Below, piece after piece: positions 39,135-53,717 of a DNA stretch of 64,000 nucleotides. The stretch is from Octopus bimaculoides (taxonomy: Eukaryota), in contig NC_068981.1 of NCBI RefSeq assembly GCF_001194135.2, positions 16,007,196 through 16,071,195 on the forward strand. Reading direction: 5' to 3'. The translations under genes and the position numbers were made by a program. Position 1 is the stretch's first letter. Each line of letters begins with the position of its first letter. The notes under the pieces were generated by a model. That model ran no database searches, was not told the origin of the DNA, and was given only the letters and a program-made list of their open reading frames with translations.

Positions 39135-40360
39135 ACTTTTATAATTATTCGCCGAAATCTCTATCTATTTGTGGTGACTTCAGTGAAACCATGATTTCCG
39201 AGAGGCTATCACCTACATACTTTCTCGCTGACTACATCAGTCAGCACGAATCTAGAAGAGATATTTTGCTGATGTGATAAGTCCTGCTATGGTAATGCCT
39301 TGATATTATTTGGCTGTTTATACAACGAGAAATACCATGAGCTGAATGTCTTAGGGTGACTACTAGCTTCCGTGACAATATTTCGATTATTTATTAATGT
39401 TAGTGGAAGCGTAGTATGGCTCGTGAGTGCAAATCTGTTCAGCCATTTTGAAATTGCCAGATATCTGTTACATGTATACATCGGTGCATTTATGCGAACG
39501 TAATCCGTAGCAGTTCATCCTGATCCTATCATAATATCTGTTAGGCTGACTGATATTTATAGTGCAATTTCTTCAAATAGATTGGTGACGTCTACAGTCA
39601 TTGCAGATACAACAAAAGGAATATGGTTCAGAGCGCTGGTAACCAGAACATTTTCCCTGGATGTGAAGCTTTCGGATATCAGATTAGTGAATTAGTTAAA
39701 TCGCAGTTCACAGATGGCGTTTTCTCTAACAATTGATGCGTATAATTAAATAATGCAAATTGGAATAGAATCTGTTAGTTTCAGCAAAGTTATAGAAAGC
39801 AGCATAGATATATTTGTAAGTTGCTTATTCATGTTTTTATGTATCAAATGATGCCAGTGTAGGACGGATTTTGTCGTTATCCAGCAAAGAAGAACGAGTA
39901 GTCTTCTTCTACATGCTATTTATGATGAAGGTAGTTAGTATTGGATAAGATTTGAAGACACAATTGTCCCTTGGTCCAAGATTCATAAGGTGGAACGTGA
40001 GAGAATTATGTAAGGTTCTGCCATTAAATATAATAGCACATTGTTAACGGTGGCAGAAACAGGGTGCATAAATTCTCTTACTCTAAGAAATGAGAGTAGG
40101 CACTTGCCTTTATATTAGTCAAAAGTGTGTGGTTGTGACCTGAACAACGTTACGAGTTTGTTTTTCCCTATTTGTAGGATCCTTTCGCTTTAGTGTTTTA
40201 TGTTATAATTGCTGTTCATTATTTTCTAATTATCAAAGTTTTTTGGCTTTGTCGATCTTACCTTTTTACCTGATGCAATTAACCTACTGTCTCTTGATCC
40301 ATGTTTACTTTCGTTTTCCGAATTTCTACTTTCCCCAGTGTCATGGATCCATGTGGCTAA
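39135..40360 (-). mobile_element. ancient Penelope-like reverse transcriptase remnant
   Basis: Minus-strand pieces in the expected order: KTLKRKDPT (about 40180), MTVDVTNLFEEIAL (about 39560-39605; compare PLE SFDVTSLFTNIP) and LYKQ..G (about 39300-39325). Many stops and frameshifts; no YxDD seen. Confidence 0.4.
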
Positions 40361-40374
40361 AATAGAAACTATTA

Positions 40375-40595
40375 TTATTGAACTCAGAGATTCGTTAGCG
40401 CGTCGGACAAAATTCCACGCGTTTTTATTTTTTATTTTTTTATATTTTTGGTCTTTACATTCTCCTATTGAATCAGATTGAGATCAACTTTCAGGCTCGA
40501 TAAATTATAGCACCAGTCAAGCACTAGAGTCGAAAGTATTGATTGACCCCCTTCCTCTCAAAGTTGTTGACCTTGTCCCAAAATTTGAAACCGCT
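40375..40595 (+). mobile_element. Nin/Deu-type SINE, degenerate
   Basis: cagagattcgttagcgcgtcggacaaaat head; ends gaccttgtcccaaaatttgaaacc. Confidence 0.7.
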
Positions 40596-40761
40596 GTTGT
40601 TTTTGTTGTTGTCAGTACTGTAATTATTATCATTATCTTTGAAATGCAGAAATGACATGATTGATGTCTATAATTTACTCGGAAATGAAGCAAATAGTTT
40701 GTATAAGAGAGGAATGAAAAGTGAAGCAGAATTATAACTAATAACAATGATAGATAGATAG

Positions 40762-40881
40762 AAAGAAGAAGAAGAAGAAGAAGAAGAAGAAGAAGAAGAA
40801 GAAGAAGAAGAAGAAGAAGAAGAAGAAGAAGAAGAAGAAGAAGAAGAAGAAGAAGAAGAAGAAGAAGAAGAAGAAGAAGAA
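40762..40881. repeat. (GAA)n tract of about 40 units
   Basis: Visible directly. Confidence 0.95.
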
Positions 40882-43124
40882 AACGCATGCTGCGAGCAAT
40901 AAAGGGAAGGAATGAAAGGTGTAATGATACATCTGTTTCAACGTCTTTTAAATAATCTCAATTAAACTAAAGTAAGCTGTTGTTGCAGCAAAAATATTTT
41001 GTGTCATATACACGTTTGGCTACCCTCATTAATATTTCTTGTAACAGCTTAGCTATTCTGAACTATACTTGTGAAGTTGCTTAGATGCTAAGGGAAAATT
41101 TTGAGACCTATAACCTCTTATGTTAAATTAAAATCATCTTGATAATAATGAAATTTGTTAATAATTATATTTGTAATTCGTACTCCAGGAATGATAAGTA
41201 AGGACATCGATAGCATTCATATAAGCATAGCCATTGGCATGTTCCATAAACTGCAATAACAGTGTTTGGAAAATACTGTGTTCTCACACAGCATTTGTTA
41301 ATTGCATATATGTTTATTTTGGTTTTCCAAGACGTTCATGTTTTGGAACCATGAAGCCAATCTTGATACGTAAAGACTATATAAACAATGAATAAGCAAT
41401 AGTCTCTGCCTTCAGCAATAAACTGACAACCTCCCTTTTAAATAATATTGAATACTTTCTGTTGACAGATAATTGGTGACAATAAAGATGTAAGTAGGAT
41501 TTAAAAACGCTATTAGTAACATCCTGGAAACACTTGAAAAATATAAAAATTAAAGAAAAATAGCTAGGTATGGTGTAGAATCATGCAACGATATTAAAGA
41601 CTGAATAGTAATGCTTCTAAACCTTAAAATCTGTGAATATTTCCTAACAAATTTCAGGACTGATAAGGATTTTGTACAGATAAGGTTCACAATTATCGGT
41701 AGTTGTTACTTAATATAACATTCAAATAATTATCATTAATTTCCAAGATCTTTTCAATGCTTTAACCGTGACTTAATTTATTTTACTACACAGTCAACTA
41801 ATGTTGTCTTTCTTTAAGTATCTACATATTGCGAACTCCTCCCCTATAATATTGTGTAATAGGTTGATTTAGCTTGCAAAAACATATTAATGTAGTTTAA
41901 TATAGTTATTTTAAAGAAATGGAATGATCTAAGACACTGATAATATTCTTTGAATAAGATAGTAATACGTATCAGAAATACGTGAAAGACTGCAAGACAA
42001 ATATTTTTTGTGCTTGAATCGACTACTTGAAGCCTTTGCTTCGATACTACATTAACATGAAGACACTTAGTGAACGTCTTACAACAAAAATGATGTCAGT
42101 TCTATCCACGAATGGAATATGTAATGGGATATGTCAAAGCGATGCTTCTCTTTTTTCATTTTGTTTTTATTCAAGTGAACTTTGATTTAGTCATTAAAAT
42201 TTCAAATTTAAGAAAGAAATTAGTTGACACACCTACCTCTTCTTTTCAAGGATGACCTAAATATATTACATGCATGCTCTTCTGAGTCTTTCACTTTAGT
42301 ATATCCTTAGTGTCACAACATTGTTGGGTAACTAATTTAAAATGCACTGGCATATGAAACTAAGCAGGCGGTAACAATGGCACGATGTCAATTTGCATTT
42401 CGGCGTAAGAAAAGCAAATCTGGGTCAATGGTAAAATTGGATTTTTTTAGATTTATGTATAGTGATATATTTAAGGACGCAGCGTAAATGAGAATGGGAT
42501 CTAAAAAATTTGAAAACCTTAACATTTATAAAAGTGCATTTAAATATCAAGAAACAGAAATAACACTAACATTACAGCAATTAAAATATGACTCTCCAGA
42601 AATTATTTAGAAAATGACAGAGACACCACATACCACAAATCTTGGAATCTTAGAGAAACAACACTTAAACAATGACTCTAATATGTCACTACCATACAAA
42701 CCACAGATACAAAGTTTTACAGGAAATCCTTAATTGTAAAAGAACTGTTTAAATACGCATTATAATACTTCTTCACTGTGCTTTAATTTATAAAATTAAC
42801 CTGTTTCATAGATTTGTTAAGTTATATCAATTATAGCGCTGCCACAGACATGAGTAAATAGATGATACATTTACCTCCTTATGAACAGTAGCCATCATTA
42901 TAATATTGAAAGGAATAGAAGAAACTGAAATTATTGCCTAATGGACAATCACTCTTAAATACCTTCAGGTATGGGCTCTTACTATATCGCTGATAGTTCT
43001 TTCATAGACACGAAGAATTGAAACAAATACATTTTCATAGCGGTATAACTCAAGATATAGACTGCCATAGCTAAATTCCACCACCCTAGGTACAATAATA
43101 ATAAAACTAAAGAAAATAATCATT

Positions 43125-43240
43125 TCTTACTTTGACACGAGGATATGTTTCGCGGGTGTATTTCTCGCCCCAGGAACTGACTGCTACATATTTCATCTAC
43201 CCCACTGGAGAGAAAGGCACAGCTGACAGAAACAAGATTT
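43125..43240 (-). mobile_element. Nin/Deu-type SINE 3' fragment, degenerate
   Basis: gacacgagg...ccccaggaactgactgctacatatttcatctaccc...gagaaaggcacagc resembles the reverse strand of the family. Confidence 0.45.
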
Positions 43241-43349
43241 TATGTCATAAATTAAAGGTCATAGTAAAATACTACATGTAATATTTTCTAGTGTTGAAAC
43301 GAGTATCACGATTGTCAAAGACGCCAACCGTTTAACGAATAAACAAATA

Positions 43350-43363
43350 AATAAATAATAATA

Positions 43364-43417
<54 letters not shown>

Positions 43418-43441
43418 GGGGGGGTGATGAGGATGATGAGG

Positions 43442-43536
<95 letters not shown>
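43350..43536. repeat. (GAT)n/(AAT)n compound microsatellite
   Basis: Visible directly. Confidence 0.95.
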
Positions 43537-43537
<1 letters not shown>

Positions 43538-45810
43538 TTACTTCGTTTCACCAAGAGGGCGATAGATGGAGGATATTTTAGGAACAGTTACAAAAGTTGG
43601 TGGGGGTTCAATAAAACAAAACAGGATATGAAGAGTTCATGGATGCAAAAATTAAAACCATAAAGTTATGTGAAGAGTCATCATAGCATTCAAAGAAATC
43701 TACAGATCTTAGATTATATTTACTATTAAGGTGAAGTGCTGTCTTTCAGCGTTCTCTTTTTCCGTAACGAAATCGACATTTTACGTATAGAAATAAACAT
43801 CGATATGTATATGCATATCGTTGGTACATTTTAACACAATATTGACTGATTTTAAATATTAACTAAACCTAGTTTCCAAGTAACTTCAGGTTTTTGTATT
43901 TATTTATTCGCTTTTAATTATTGCATTGACTTCAAGTTTCAAATTATCAAATGTTACCATAAAGAAGTTAATAATGAAGTGATTATGAATGTTATTATAG
44001 TTGGGAAATTGACAAATTTGATGAAAAATTTGAAAGCAAACCTTGGAAATCTAGACCTTCAAATGGAAGTGGGTGTAGTGTAGGAAATGTCTTTACTTGT
44101 TTATGCAAAACCTTTCCAGAATCTCTTCCTCCATACAATGCAAGAACAGGTATGATCAAAAGGAAATTACCACTTAAAAAAAAAAAGTATTAAAAAATGC
44201 TACTAATCCTAAATCATGAGATGTGGTTTGATTGATAGCATAATAAAAATCGATTACAACCTCAACAGCATGTAACAGCAGAATAATGATGATGAAGAAG
44301 AAGAAGAAGAAGAAGAAGAAGAAGAAGAAGAAGAAGAAGAAGAAGGTGGAGGAGGAGGAGGAGGAGGAGGNNNNNNNNNNNNNNNNNNNNNNNNNNNNNN
44401 NNNNNNNNNNNNNNNNNNNNNNNNNNNNNNNNNNNNNNNNNNNNNNNNNNAGCAGGAAGAGGAGCAGGAGCAAGAAGAGGAGCAGGAGCAGGGAGAGGAG
44501 AAGGAGGACGAGGAGCAGGAGCAGGAGCAGGAGGAAACAAAAATTCATAGGCATGATATCACGAAAACTATATTTTAAAGAATACAGAAGATAAACCCAA
44601 TGAGCACTGCGCATATTTTACAAAGGAGTCTACCACCTGGAGTTTCATATCACTTTTATTCTGCACGCGCATGAACACGTGTTTTTTAAAAATAATTTAT
44701 CCAACCTCAGGGCTTCTCGACATCGTATTATCATCAGTCCTATTAAGAAAATAATATCCGGAAATTTGGAAGGTCCAAAATATTTATATGTCACTCGTGT
44801 AATATATATTCTGACACAATGCAAAATATCTTGTGCGGATATACTACACGTGAATCATGGAAAATATTCTTACGGTCAGATAACGCAGCAAAACTTTTGT
44901 ATGTACAGTAACCTACCTGAATTCAGCACTTACCAGTAAACAAGGTGTGGCACTCATATGAAGCACTATATCATTACGAAATTGATGATGCTAAAAGAGT
45001 ATGGTACTTTAGCATACAGACAGGTCATAAGGGAACACATGTACCATAATTAGTTTGCGTAAAAAAAAATGTAGAAAATTAGTTAAATATCGGTAAAGCA
45101 ATATCAAATAAGCCTATAGTAGGATATAGCTGTCACAGAATTCTGTTATGTGATGAAACTATGTAAGGTGTTTGGGGAAGAATATGATAATTGTGTATAC
45201 TATTTAATTATTTTGATATATATTTGGAATGTTGTGCTGAAGCGAGTTGAGAGGCTGCGGGGAAACGGTGTCATAGATGTTGGATTAAAAACATTACGGC
45301 ATGGAACGGTTGTGACCATAATTGCATCATTAGTTGATGTAAATATAATTATAAACAAACAATCTTTGAAAACCATTGACATATTTCATATGAGAACTGA
45401 TATATACACTTTCCAGTAAACACAAATACTATTGTCGGTAAGTATTGTTTGATAATGTGGATTCGTTGAGTTTAATCATTCTTATGAATGGTTATTCAGG
45501 TATTTCTTTTTTTTTTTTTTTTTTTTTTTTGAAAGAAATGAGACTATTTATATAGTGCTAATTGCAGGAATACTAAATATAATAACGATAATATATTACT
45601 AACAACAACAACAATAATATTCATAATAACAATAGGGATAACGATAATGAGCATGATAGTAATTTACAGTAGACAAAATAATTTCATCAAAGCATTGTTT
45701 AATATGCGAGAAACAGGACATCAGAATTAATATTCGTACGTCCGACTGGCATAAAAATGTATTTAGTGATGGGCGTGATAGTTGTAGTAATAGTAGTTGT
45801 TTTTGTGGAG

Positions 45811-45887
<77 letters not shown>

Positions 45888-46175
45888 TATTTCAAGAACA
45901 AAAAGCTGCTGTGGTGGTCTTAGTAGAAGTATTTTTGTGGTAGGAACATCAAGAAAAAGCTTACCCAATGAGCATAGGTATGGAGAGAATTGCTATTTGT
46001 GCTTTATCTTTCGAATGAAAAAGAAACTGCAGTCGGTAAGTTAAAATTACATAATGTATGGATGCGAAAACGATAATAGGGAAAGAGTTACAGGAGCATG
46101 TTCGATTTCATCGACCACATGTTAGAAGTTATTTTATCCTGATCTGTTGGTTCCCTTAACAAATATTCTAAGTGA

Positions 46176-46231
<56 letters not shown>

Positions 46232-46259
46232 TAATAAAAGTAATAATAATAATAATAAT

Positions 46260-46313
<54 letters not shown>

Positions 46314-46334
46314 TAATAATAATAAAAAATAATA

Positions 46335-46366
<32 letters not shown>

Positions 46367-46386
46367 TAACAATAAAAATATTAAAA

Positions 46387-46425
<39 letters not shown>

Positions 46426-46437
46426 TAATAATAATAA
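46176..46437. repeat. imperfect (AAT)n tract
   Basis: Visible directly. Confidence 0.95.
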
Positions 46438-46523
46438 AATGCCTTGATGCAGCACCAGGTAGTGGCTTTCGTGGCACCTGATCTTAAGAGATTGGAAGTG
46501 CTATCATGTACATTGCTTTGTCA
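46438..46523 (+). mobile_element. terminal ~90 bp of the ~550-bp element, in the opposite orientation to the other copies
   Basis: aatgccttgatgcagcaccaggtagtggc...gatcttaagagattggaagtgctatcatgtacattg is the reverse complement of 26540-26625. It follows an (AAT)n tract. Confidence 0.85.
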
Positions 46524-46689
46524 ATAAATTTTTTTTTGCCACAGGAGCATGAAATATAATTAAAATAAAAATAATAATTTAGTTATTAACTGGCTACAAT
46601 GGCTACACAGATATTAAAAAAATATATATATTATAAGAAAGAGAGAGACAGGGACTCAGATGTCGTGGAAGAGATAAAAGCGATTATTT

Positions 46690-46830
46690 GGGCTGCAGTA
46701 ATTGATGCGTAATCCTGTTACCGACCTCGAAAGCAAAGAGAGCAAAATTAACCCCGGCGAGATTTCCGCTCAGACCGTAAAATGACGTAATTAACTAATG
46801 CAAAGCATGTTCTCCAACCTTCTACTTATT
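46690..46830 (-). mobile_element. Nin/Deu-type SINE, degenerate
   Basis: ccgacctcgaaagcaaagagagcaaaattaaccccggcgagatttccgctcagaccgtaaa. Confidence 0.55.
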
Positions 46831-48093
46831 TTACCAGATGATAATGAAAAAAATCTAAACAGCAATCCTTAAAAGACCTCGCTACATCATCAATTGCTAT
46901 GAGCTTTGTGTAAAAAAATAAGAAGAGAAAATACCAACCAGAAGCAAATTAGCGATTCCAGAATGTTCTTGCATCCGGCCATTCACAACTGCCATACATT
47001 TCTCTGCTGCTACTTACCTTTAACATTTCGGCTGCCACTGGAGATCCCGTAGATGCAATATTTCGTAGGATATATATTCACATACACATGACATACATGT
47101 ATGTGCATGGTTATGTATACATGCATATATATATATATTGTATATATATATATANNNNNNNNNNNNNNNNNNNNNNNNNNNNNNNNNNNNNNNNNNNNNN
47201 NNNNNNNNNNNNNNNNNNNNNNNNNNNNNNNNNNNNNNNNNNNNNNNNNNNNNNNNNNNNNNNNNNNNNNNNNNNNNNNNNNNNNNNNNNNNNNNNNNNN
47301 NNNNNNNNNNNNNNNNNNNNNNNNNNNNNNNNNNNNNNNNNNNNNNNNNNNNNNNNNNNNNNNNNNNNNNNNNNNNNNNNNNNNNNNNNNNNNNNNNNNN
47401 NNNNNNNNNNNNNNNNNNNNNNNNNNNNNNNNNNNNNNNNNNNNNNNNNNNNNNNNNNNNNNNNNNNNNNNNNNNNNNNNNNNNNNNNNNNNNNNNNNNN
47501 NNNNNNNNNNNNNNNNNNNNNNNNNNNNNNNNNNNNNNNNNNNNNNNNNNNNNNNNNNNNNNNNNNNNNNNNNNNNNNNNNNNNNNNNNNNNNNNNNNNN
47601 NNNNNNNNNNNNNNNNNNNNNNNNNNNNNNNNNNNNNNNNNNNNNNNNNNNNNNNNNNNNNNNNNNNNNNNNNNNNNNNNNNNNNNNNNNNNNNNNNNNN
47701 NNNNNNNNNNNNNNNNNNNNNNNNNNNNNNNNNNNNNNNNNNNNNNNNNNNNNNNNNNNNNNNNNNNNNNNNNNNNNNNNNNNNNNNNNNNNNNNNNNNN
47801 NNNNNNNNNNNNNNNNNNNNNNNNNNNNNNNNNNNNNNNNNNNNNNNNNNNNNNNNNNNNNNNNNNNNNNNNNNNNNNNNNNNNNNNNNNNNNNNNTATA
47901 AAACGATATCTGCATGTGAAGTTGCACCTTCTCAGTTATAAAATTTAATTATTAGTGACATTTGACACGTGTGATTATTCATAGTTATTTCACTGGTAAT
48001 ATATGAAAAAAATCATTAAAAACGAAATAAGGGAAAATAAAGAAATTCTACAAATAATAATAATGATAAAATGATAATAATATAAATTATAAC

Positions 48094-48152
<59 letters not shown>

Positions 48153-48623
48153 ATTAAATTTAAAATAAACAGAAGCCGGTAAAATATATGTCCCTGGTTT
48201 TTGGTTATCTAGAGAGTGACTAATGACAGTTGATGAGAATAGCCATATTGTATAAACATTCTTAAATGTTTGGAAAAGAGGCAAGAATACACGAAACACT
48301 TGTATTGTGAAGAACCTTTTTTATTATTTCAGGAAAACGTGAATACAAATTGATATGATTTCAATTGGATTTGATGTATATAGATGTATATATGCATATG
48401 CATTGATATATATGTAAGTATGTATATATGTAAGTATATAGATATAGCTGTATAAGTGTATACATATATGTATAACTTAAAACTACCATTATATTTTATA
48501 CCCCTACATACATTTATATAAGTATGTGTGTAATCATACACGTATATATCTTTGCATATTTGTATAATTATATAGACGTAACGGGTGGATATTTATATAC
48601 ATTTATATATATATACTATATGG

Positions 48624-48676
<53 letters not shown>

Positions 48677-51066
48677 TATGCATATATNNNNNNNNNNNNN
48701 NNNNNNNNNNNNNNNNNNNNNNNNNNNNNNNNNNNNNNNNNNNNNNNNNNNNNNNNNNNNNNNNNNNNNNNNNNNNNNNNNNNNNNNNNNNNNNNNNNNN
48801 NNNNNNNNNNNNNNNNNNNNNNNNNNNNNNNNNNNNNNNNNNNNNNNNNNNNNNNNNNNNNNNNNNNNNNNNNNNNNNNNNNNNNNNNNNNNNNNNNNNN
48901 TATATATATACATATATACATATATATTAACATGTATGTATATATATATATGTGCGTGTGTGTATGTATATATATATACATATATATAAATGTGTTTATA
49001 TACATATATTAATATATATGACGTTTTATTTTTCAGATTTTGAACGTAAACTCTTACAGAATTGAAATCGAATTTTTTTTTTCATTTGTTTCTTTTTTTT
49101 ATGTTGGGAAAATTGTCAACCATATTCACAGTTCTAGTCTTAATTGATAATACCATATTAAGAGTTTTCTATTTATTTTGTGTCATTTCATCACATCTAT
49201 AAATTGACGAGTGGAACAACTCACTCAACACAAAATAAATCAGTGCTATCATTATGATGGCTCTATACAACAGTACAAAACATTGCATGTATTTAATACC
49301 TCAACATATTCAACCCCGTGTACCTTGTAGTTGTTATTACGTAGATGTAATGGAATTTGGATTTACTAAACATCATTCATAAAGCTATTTATATATGTCT
49401 TTCGAAAACTGTATCAAAACTGTAATTACTTGTGCATGATTATATTCAAAAGACCACAGATTTAGAGAAGGAGCAACACACAGAAAATGACAGAGAAAGA
49501 GAGAGAACATTACAGAAAAATTGGAGTGAATGAGGCCGGTCCTGTTGGGTATATTTATTAGGATAATCTAATATTTAACAGATTAAATTTTCAAACTATA
49601 TAGCGAAGTGAAAAATCACATTTTCACACATGGCTTTGCAATGGAATATATGAATATATATATATATATACATATATATANNNNNNNNNNNNNNNNNNNN
49701 NNNNNNNNNNNNNNNNNNNNNNNNNNNNNNNNNNNNNNNNNNNNNNNNNNNNNNNNNNNNNNNNNNNNNNNNNNNNNNNNNNNNNNNNNNNNNNNNNNNN
49801 NNNNNNNNNNNNNNNNNNNNNNNNNNNNNNNNNNNNNNNNNNNNNNNNNNNNNNNNNNNNNNNNNNNNNNNNNNNNNNNNNNNNNNNNNNNNNNNNNNNN
49901 NNNNNNNNNNNNNNNNNNNNNNNNNNNNNNNNNNNNNNNNNNNNNNNNNNNNNNNNNNNNNNNNNNNNNNNNNNNNNNNNNNNNNNNNNNNNNNNNNNNN
50001 NNNNNNNNNNNNNNNNNNNNNNNNNNNNNNNNNNNNNNNNNNNNNNNNNNNNNNNNNNNNNNNNNNNNNNNNNNNNNNNNNNNNNNNNNNNNNNNNNNNN
50101 NNNNNNNNNNNNNNNNNNNNNNNNNNNNNNNNNNNNNNNNNNNNNNNNNNNNNNNNATATATTAAGGAACATGATATTTTTAAAAATCGAAAAATATATC
50201 ATTTTCAAAATTTGAGAATGACTACACGTTACGTTTTCTATATGATTGCTTATTGAATTATGTGTTGAAATATATGCTTATTTTGCTCATGTCACTATTT
50301 TCATGGGATTATTTGATTAACAAATGGATACGAATGTTCATTTAATATATGCTTATATATATGAATAAGTGCGTCATTTTGTGAATGTGTGCGTGTGTAT
50401 GTGAATGTATGTGTGTGTGTATGCGTGTGTGGGGGGGGTCTGTGTGTATGTGAGTGTGTTTTGGATAAAAAAACTATTTCTTTTTTTTCTAACACTGGGA
50501 TTATTGTAGGTTGCAAATATACCACAAGTTGAGCAAGTTTTAAATTTCGAGTGGTATTATTGTTAAGGCTGATGTTATTTAAGTGTTCCAGTAAGATCTC
50601 TACTGCAATTATTGTATCTTAAGTGATTGCTCTTAGATGATTGTTGTCTGCATATCTCTACTTTTTTGCATGTTCATCTTGCAAATACTATTCATTTATT
50701 TAATACGTTTGTTTTTATAACTTTAAGAACTATTGACGTATATATTAATCTAAACGAATTGCAAATTACTGACCACAGTGGTTGTTTTTCTACTATTACT
50801 CTAAATCTTTGGTGTGTGAGTATAAGTCACATAGAGCTCAATATCTGATACTGTATGAAAGTCTAAAATCTACTCTGCAATGTCCGTACCACTTGTCACC
50901 TTGTAATTATTATATTGAATTCATTCAACTACCTACGATTGATCAGTATCCTATATAGCCGAATAGTTTCCTTGTCTCATAAACTTAACACCTCTCAATT
51001 GGGAATGATCACAAGCATCAAGCGATACATATAATTAAATGTGCTCTATGATATACATATATATAC

Positions 51067-51097
<31 letters not shown>

Positions 51098-51742
51098 NNN
51101 NNNNNNNNNNNNNNNNNNNNNNNNNNNNNNNNNNNNNNNNNNNNNNNNNNNNNNNNNNNNNNNNNNNNNNNNNNNNNNNNNNNNNNNNNNNNNNNNNNNN
51201 NNNNNNNNNNNNNNNNNNNNNNNNNNNNNNNNNNNNNNNNNNNNNNNNNNNNNNNNNNNNNNNNNNNNNNNNNNNNNNNNNNNNNNNNNNNNNNNNNNNN
51301 NNNNNNNNNNNNNNNNNNNNNNNNNNNNNNNNNNNNNNNNNNNNNNNNNNNNNNNNNNNNNNNNNNNNNNNNNNNNNNNNNNNNNNNNNNNNNNNNNNNN
51401 NNNNNNNNNNNNNNNNNNNNNNNNNNNNNNNNNNNNNNNNNNNNNNNNNNNNNNNNNNNNNNNNNNNNNNNNNNNNNNNNNNNNNNNNNNNNNNNNNNNN
51501 NNNNNNNNNNNNNNNNNNNNNNNNNNNNNNNNNNNNNNNNNNNNNNNNNNNNNNNNNNNNNNNNNNNNNNNNNNNNNNNNNNNNNNNNNNNNNNNNNNNN
51601 NNNNNNNNNNNNNNNNNNNNNNNNNNNNNNNNNNNNNNNNNNNNNNNNNNNNNNNNNNNNNNNNNNNNNNNNNNNNNNNNNNNNNNNNNNNNNNNNNNNN
51701 NNNNNNNNNNNNNNNNNNNNNNNNNNNNNNNNNNNNNNNNNN

Positions 51743-51785
<43 letters not shown>

Positions 51786-52354
51786 AATATATAACAATAT
51801 GTTACCTAAGGGAATGTGTCTAACGTATATCGGTTATTTCGTAAGTAACATTAAAATAATAATATTAATTATGATACCTAATCATATTCTCAGTTGTAAT
51901 GTGTAAAACCGGAGGTGAAATGTAGCATCAATATTTACAAAACGTACTGTTCTTTTTTACTGCTGATTAACTATAAAAATATTGTTATTGGGGCCTTGTT
52001 ATAAGGAAATACCTTGTACTATCTATGGCAGGTTCTCCTGCAAACGCATATTATATTAACAAATGTTGTTCAGTTAATTCTGTGTGCATAACTATAGAAC
52101 TGATCTAACAATGTCACAATCTTTCAAGCGGTAAATAGTATGCAAATAAATTTTCAACCATTGCTGAAGCTACGTTGAAATTAAGCTTTGCAAAAAGAAG
52201 AATAAAGATGAATCGTTTTAAAATGATTTTACAACTAATTTAAACTAAGAAGCGGTAATGCTCATATTTAAAGTCTAAACAGAATATTCACTTTGTAAAT
52301 TGTTCAAAAGTTCTAGCAATTATATATTCACGTACATACACATACACATATATT

Positions 52355-52402
<48 letters not shown>

Positions 52403-52453
52403 TGTGTGTGTGTATGTGTGTGTGTGTGTGTGCGTGCGTGTATNNNNNNNNNN

Positions 52454-52527
<74 letters not shown>

Positions 52528-53675
52528 ATGTGTATATGTGTTCGTACACGTATTTGTGGTGAGTTGGATATGTGAAAGGATAGAGTGTGAAGAGTGTGAG
52601 AGAATGCGTTACGTAGCTGAATCGATCACATGAAACTGCACTGCAGTTAAAATATGTGACAACTTAAACGTTTACAACCCACCTTAACCGATCTATTGTT
52701 TGCGTTCATACCGAGTTTATATATCCTTAACTTACAGAACTAGCAATGATATTAAGATAGTCGTACATCAACGAAATGTATAGAATATTTCTTTACAGTT
52801 CTTATTATGCACGCTTAGAACGAAGAGAACTCCGTTGTGGAGTGTTTACTATCGTTCATATACTGTAAATTTGGACTACAGGAAACGGGACACTATTCGC
52901 CTTATACTTAAATACATAAACGTATCTATATATGTCGTGTGTTTTTTGAGTTGAAAAACACAGTATCTATTGGATGTTTTATATATTTTAACGCTTCGCA
53001 GTGTTCCGTTTTTTATGCCTGTTTGAATTTTGTATGTTTGTGTATTTGTATTTACATATATCCAACTACATATACGCTATATACATAATGATATGTATTT
53101 ATTCATTTCATTTCATTCTTAACAATATATATTGGCCATTAATGACATCAACAATATTTACATGAAAGCAGTAAAAATATATAAGTATAAAAACATGTTC
53201 CGAGTGCAAAATTAAGATGGATATGCTTTTGTATTTCTCTGCTTTTTCTTGTTATTTTTTTTCTTTTTTCCTCAATTTAGAGTAACATAGGAAAACATAT
53301 ATAATATAACAACATGGCAATTTCAAATTATCATATACATATTTAGGACAGAAGAGGAAAATGGATGGATATCAAAAATAACTTAACTGAGAACAAACTG
53401 AGAAATGCTTAGAATCAAATCAAACATTATGGTTTCCAGAGAAGGTGTGGTGCACACACGATATATATTTTTACTGAAAAAATTAATTTTGACGTTTATG
53501 GAAATTAAACGATTCCTATTAAAGTTAGATACCATAATTACGCATACATGAAGAATTCAGCTGCTATGTGTATGAATAGATTCAATATGCAAATTTGTTT
53601 AATGTGTTAAAATGGTATAAGTATCTGGAGTAGCTATTTACGGTTTGAAGTTTCTAAATTCATATCCAATGAAAC

Positions 53676-53717
<42 letters not shown>

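Noticed and set aside
46438-46523. HDV-like or hammerhead ribozyme at the 5' end of the 550-bp element (GCCCTGATGCAG...)
   Set aside because: CTGATGC lacks A9 and has no GAAA partner, and I could not build an HDV P1/P3/P1.1 arrangement by eye. An RNArobo or Infernal scan is still reasonable.
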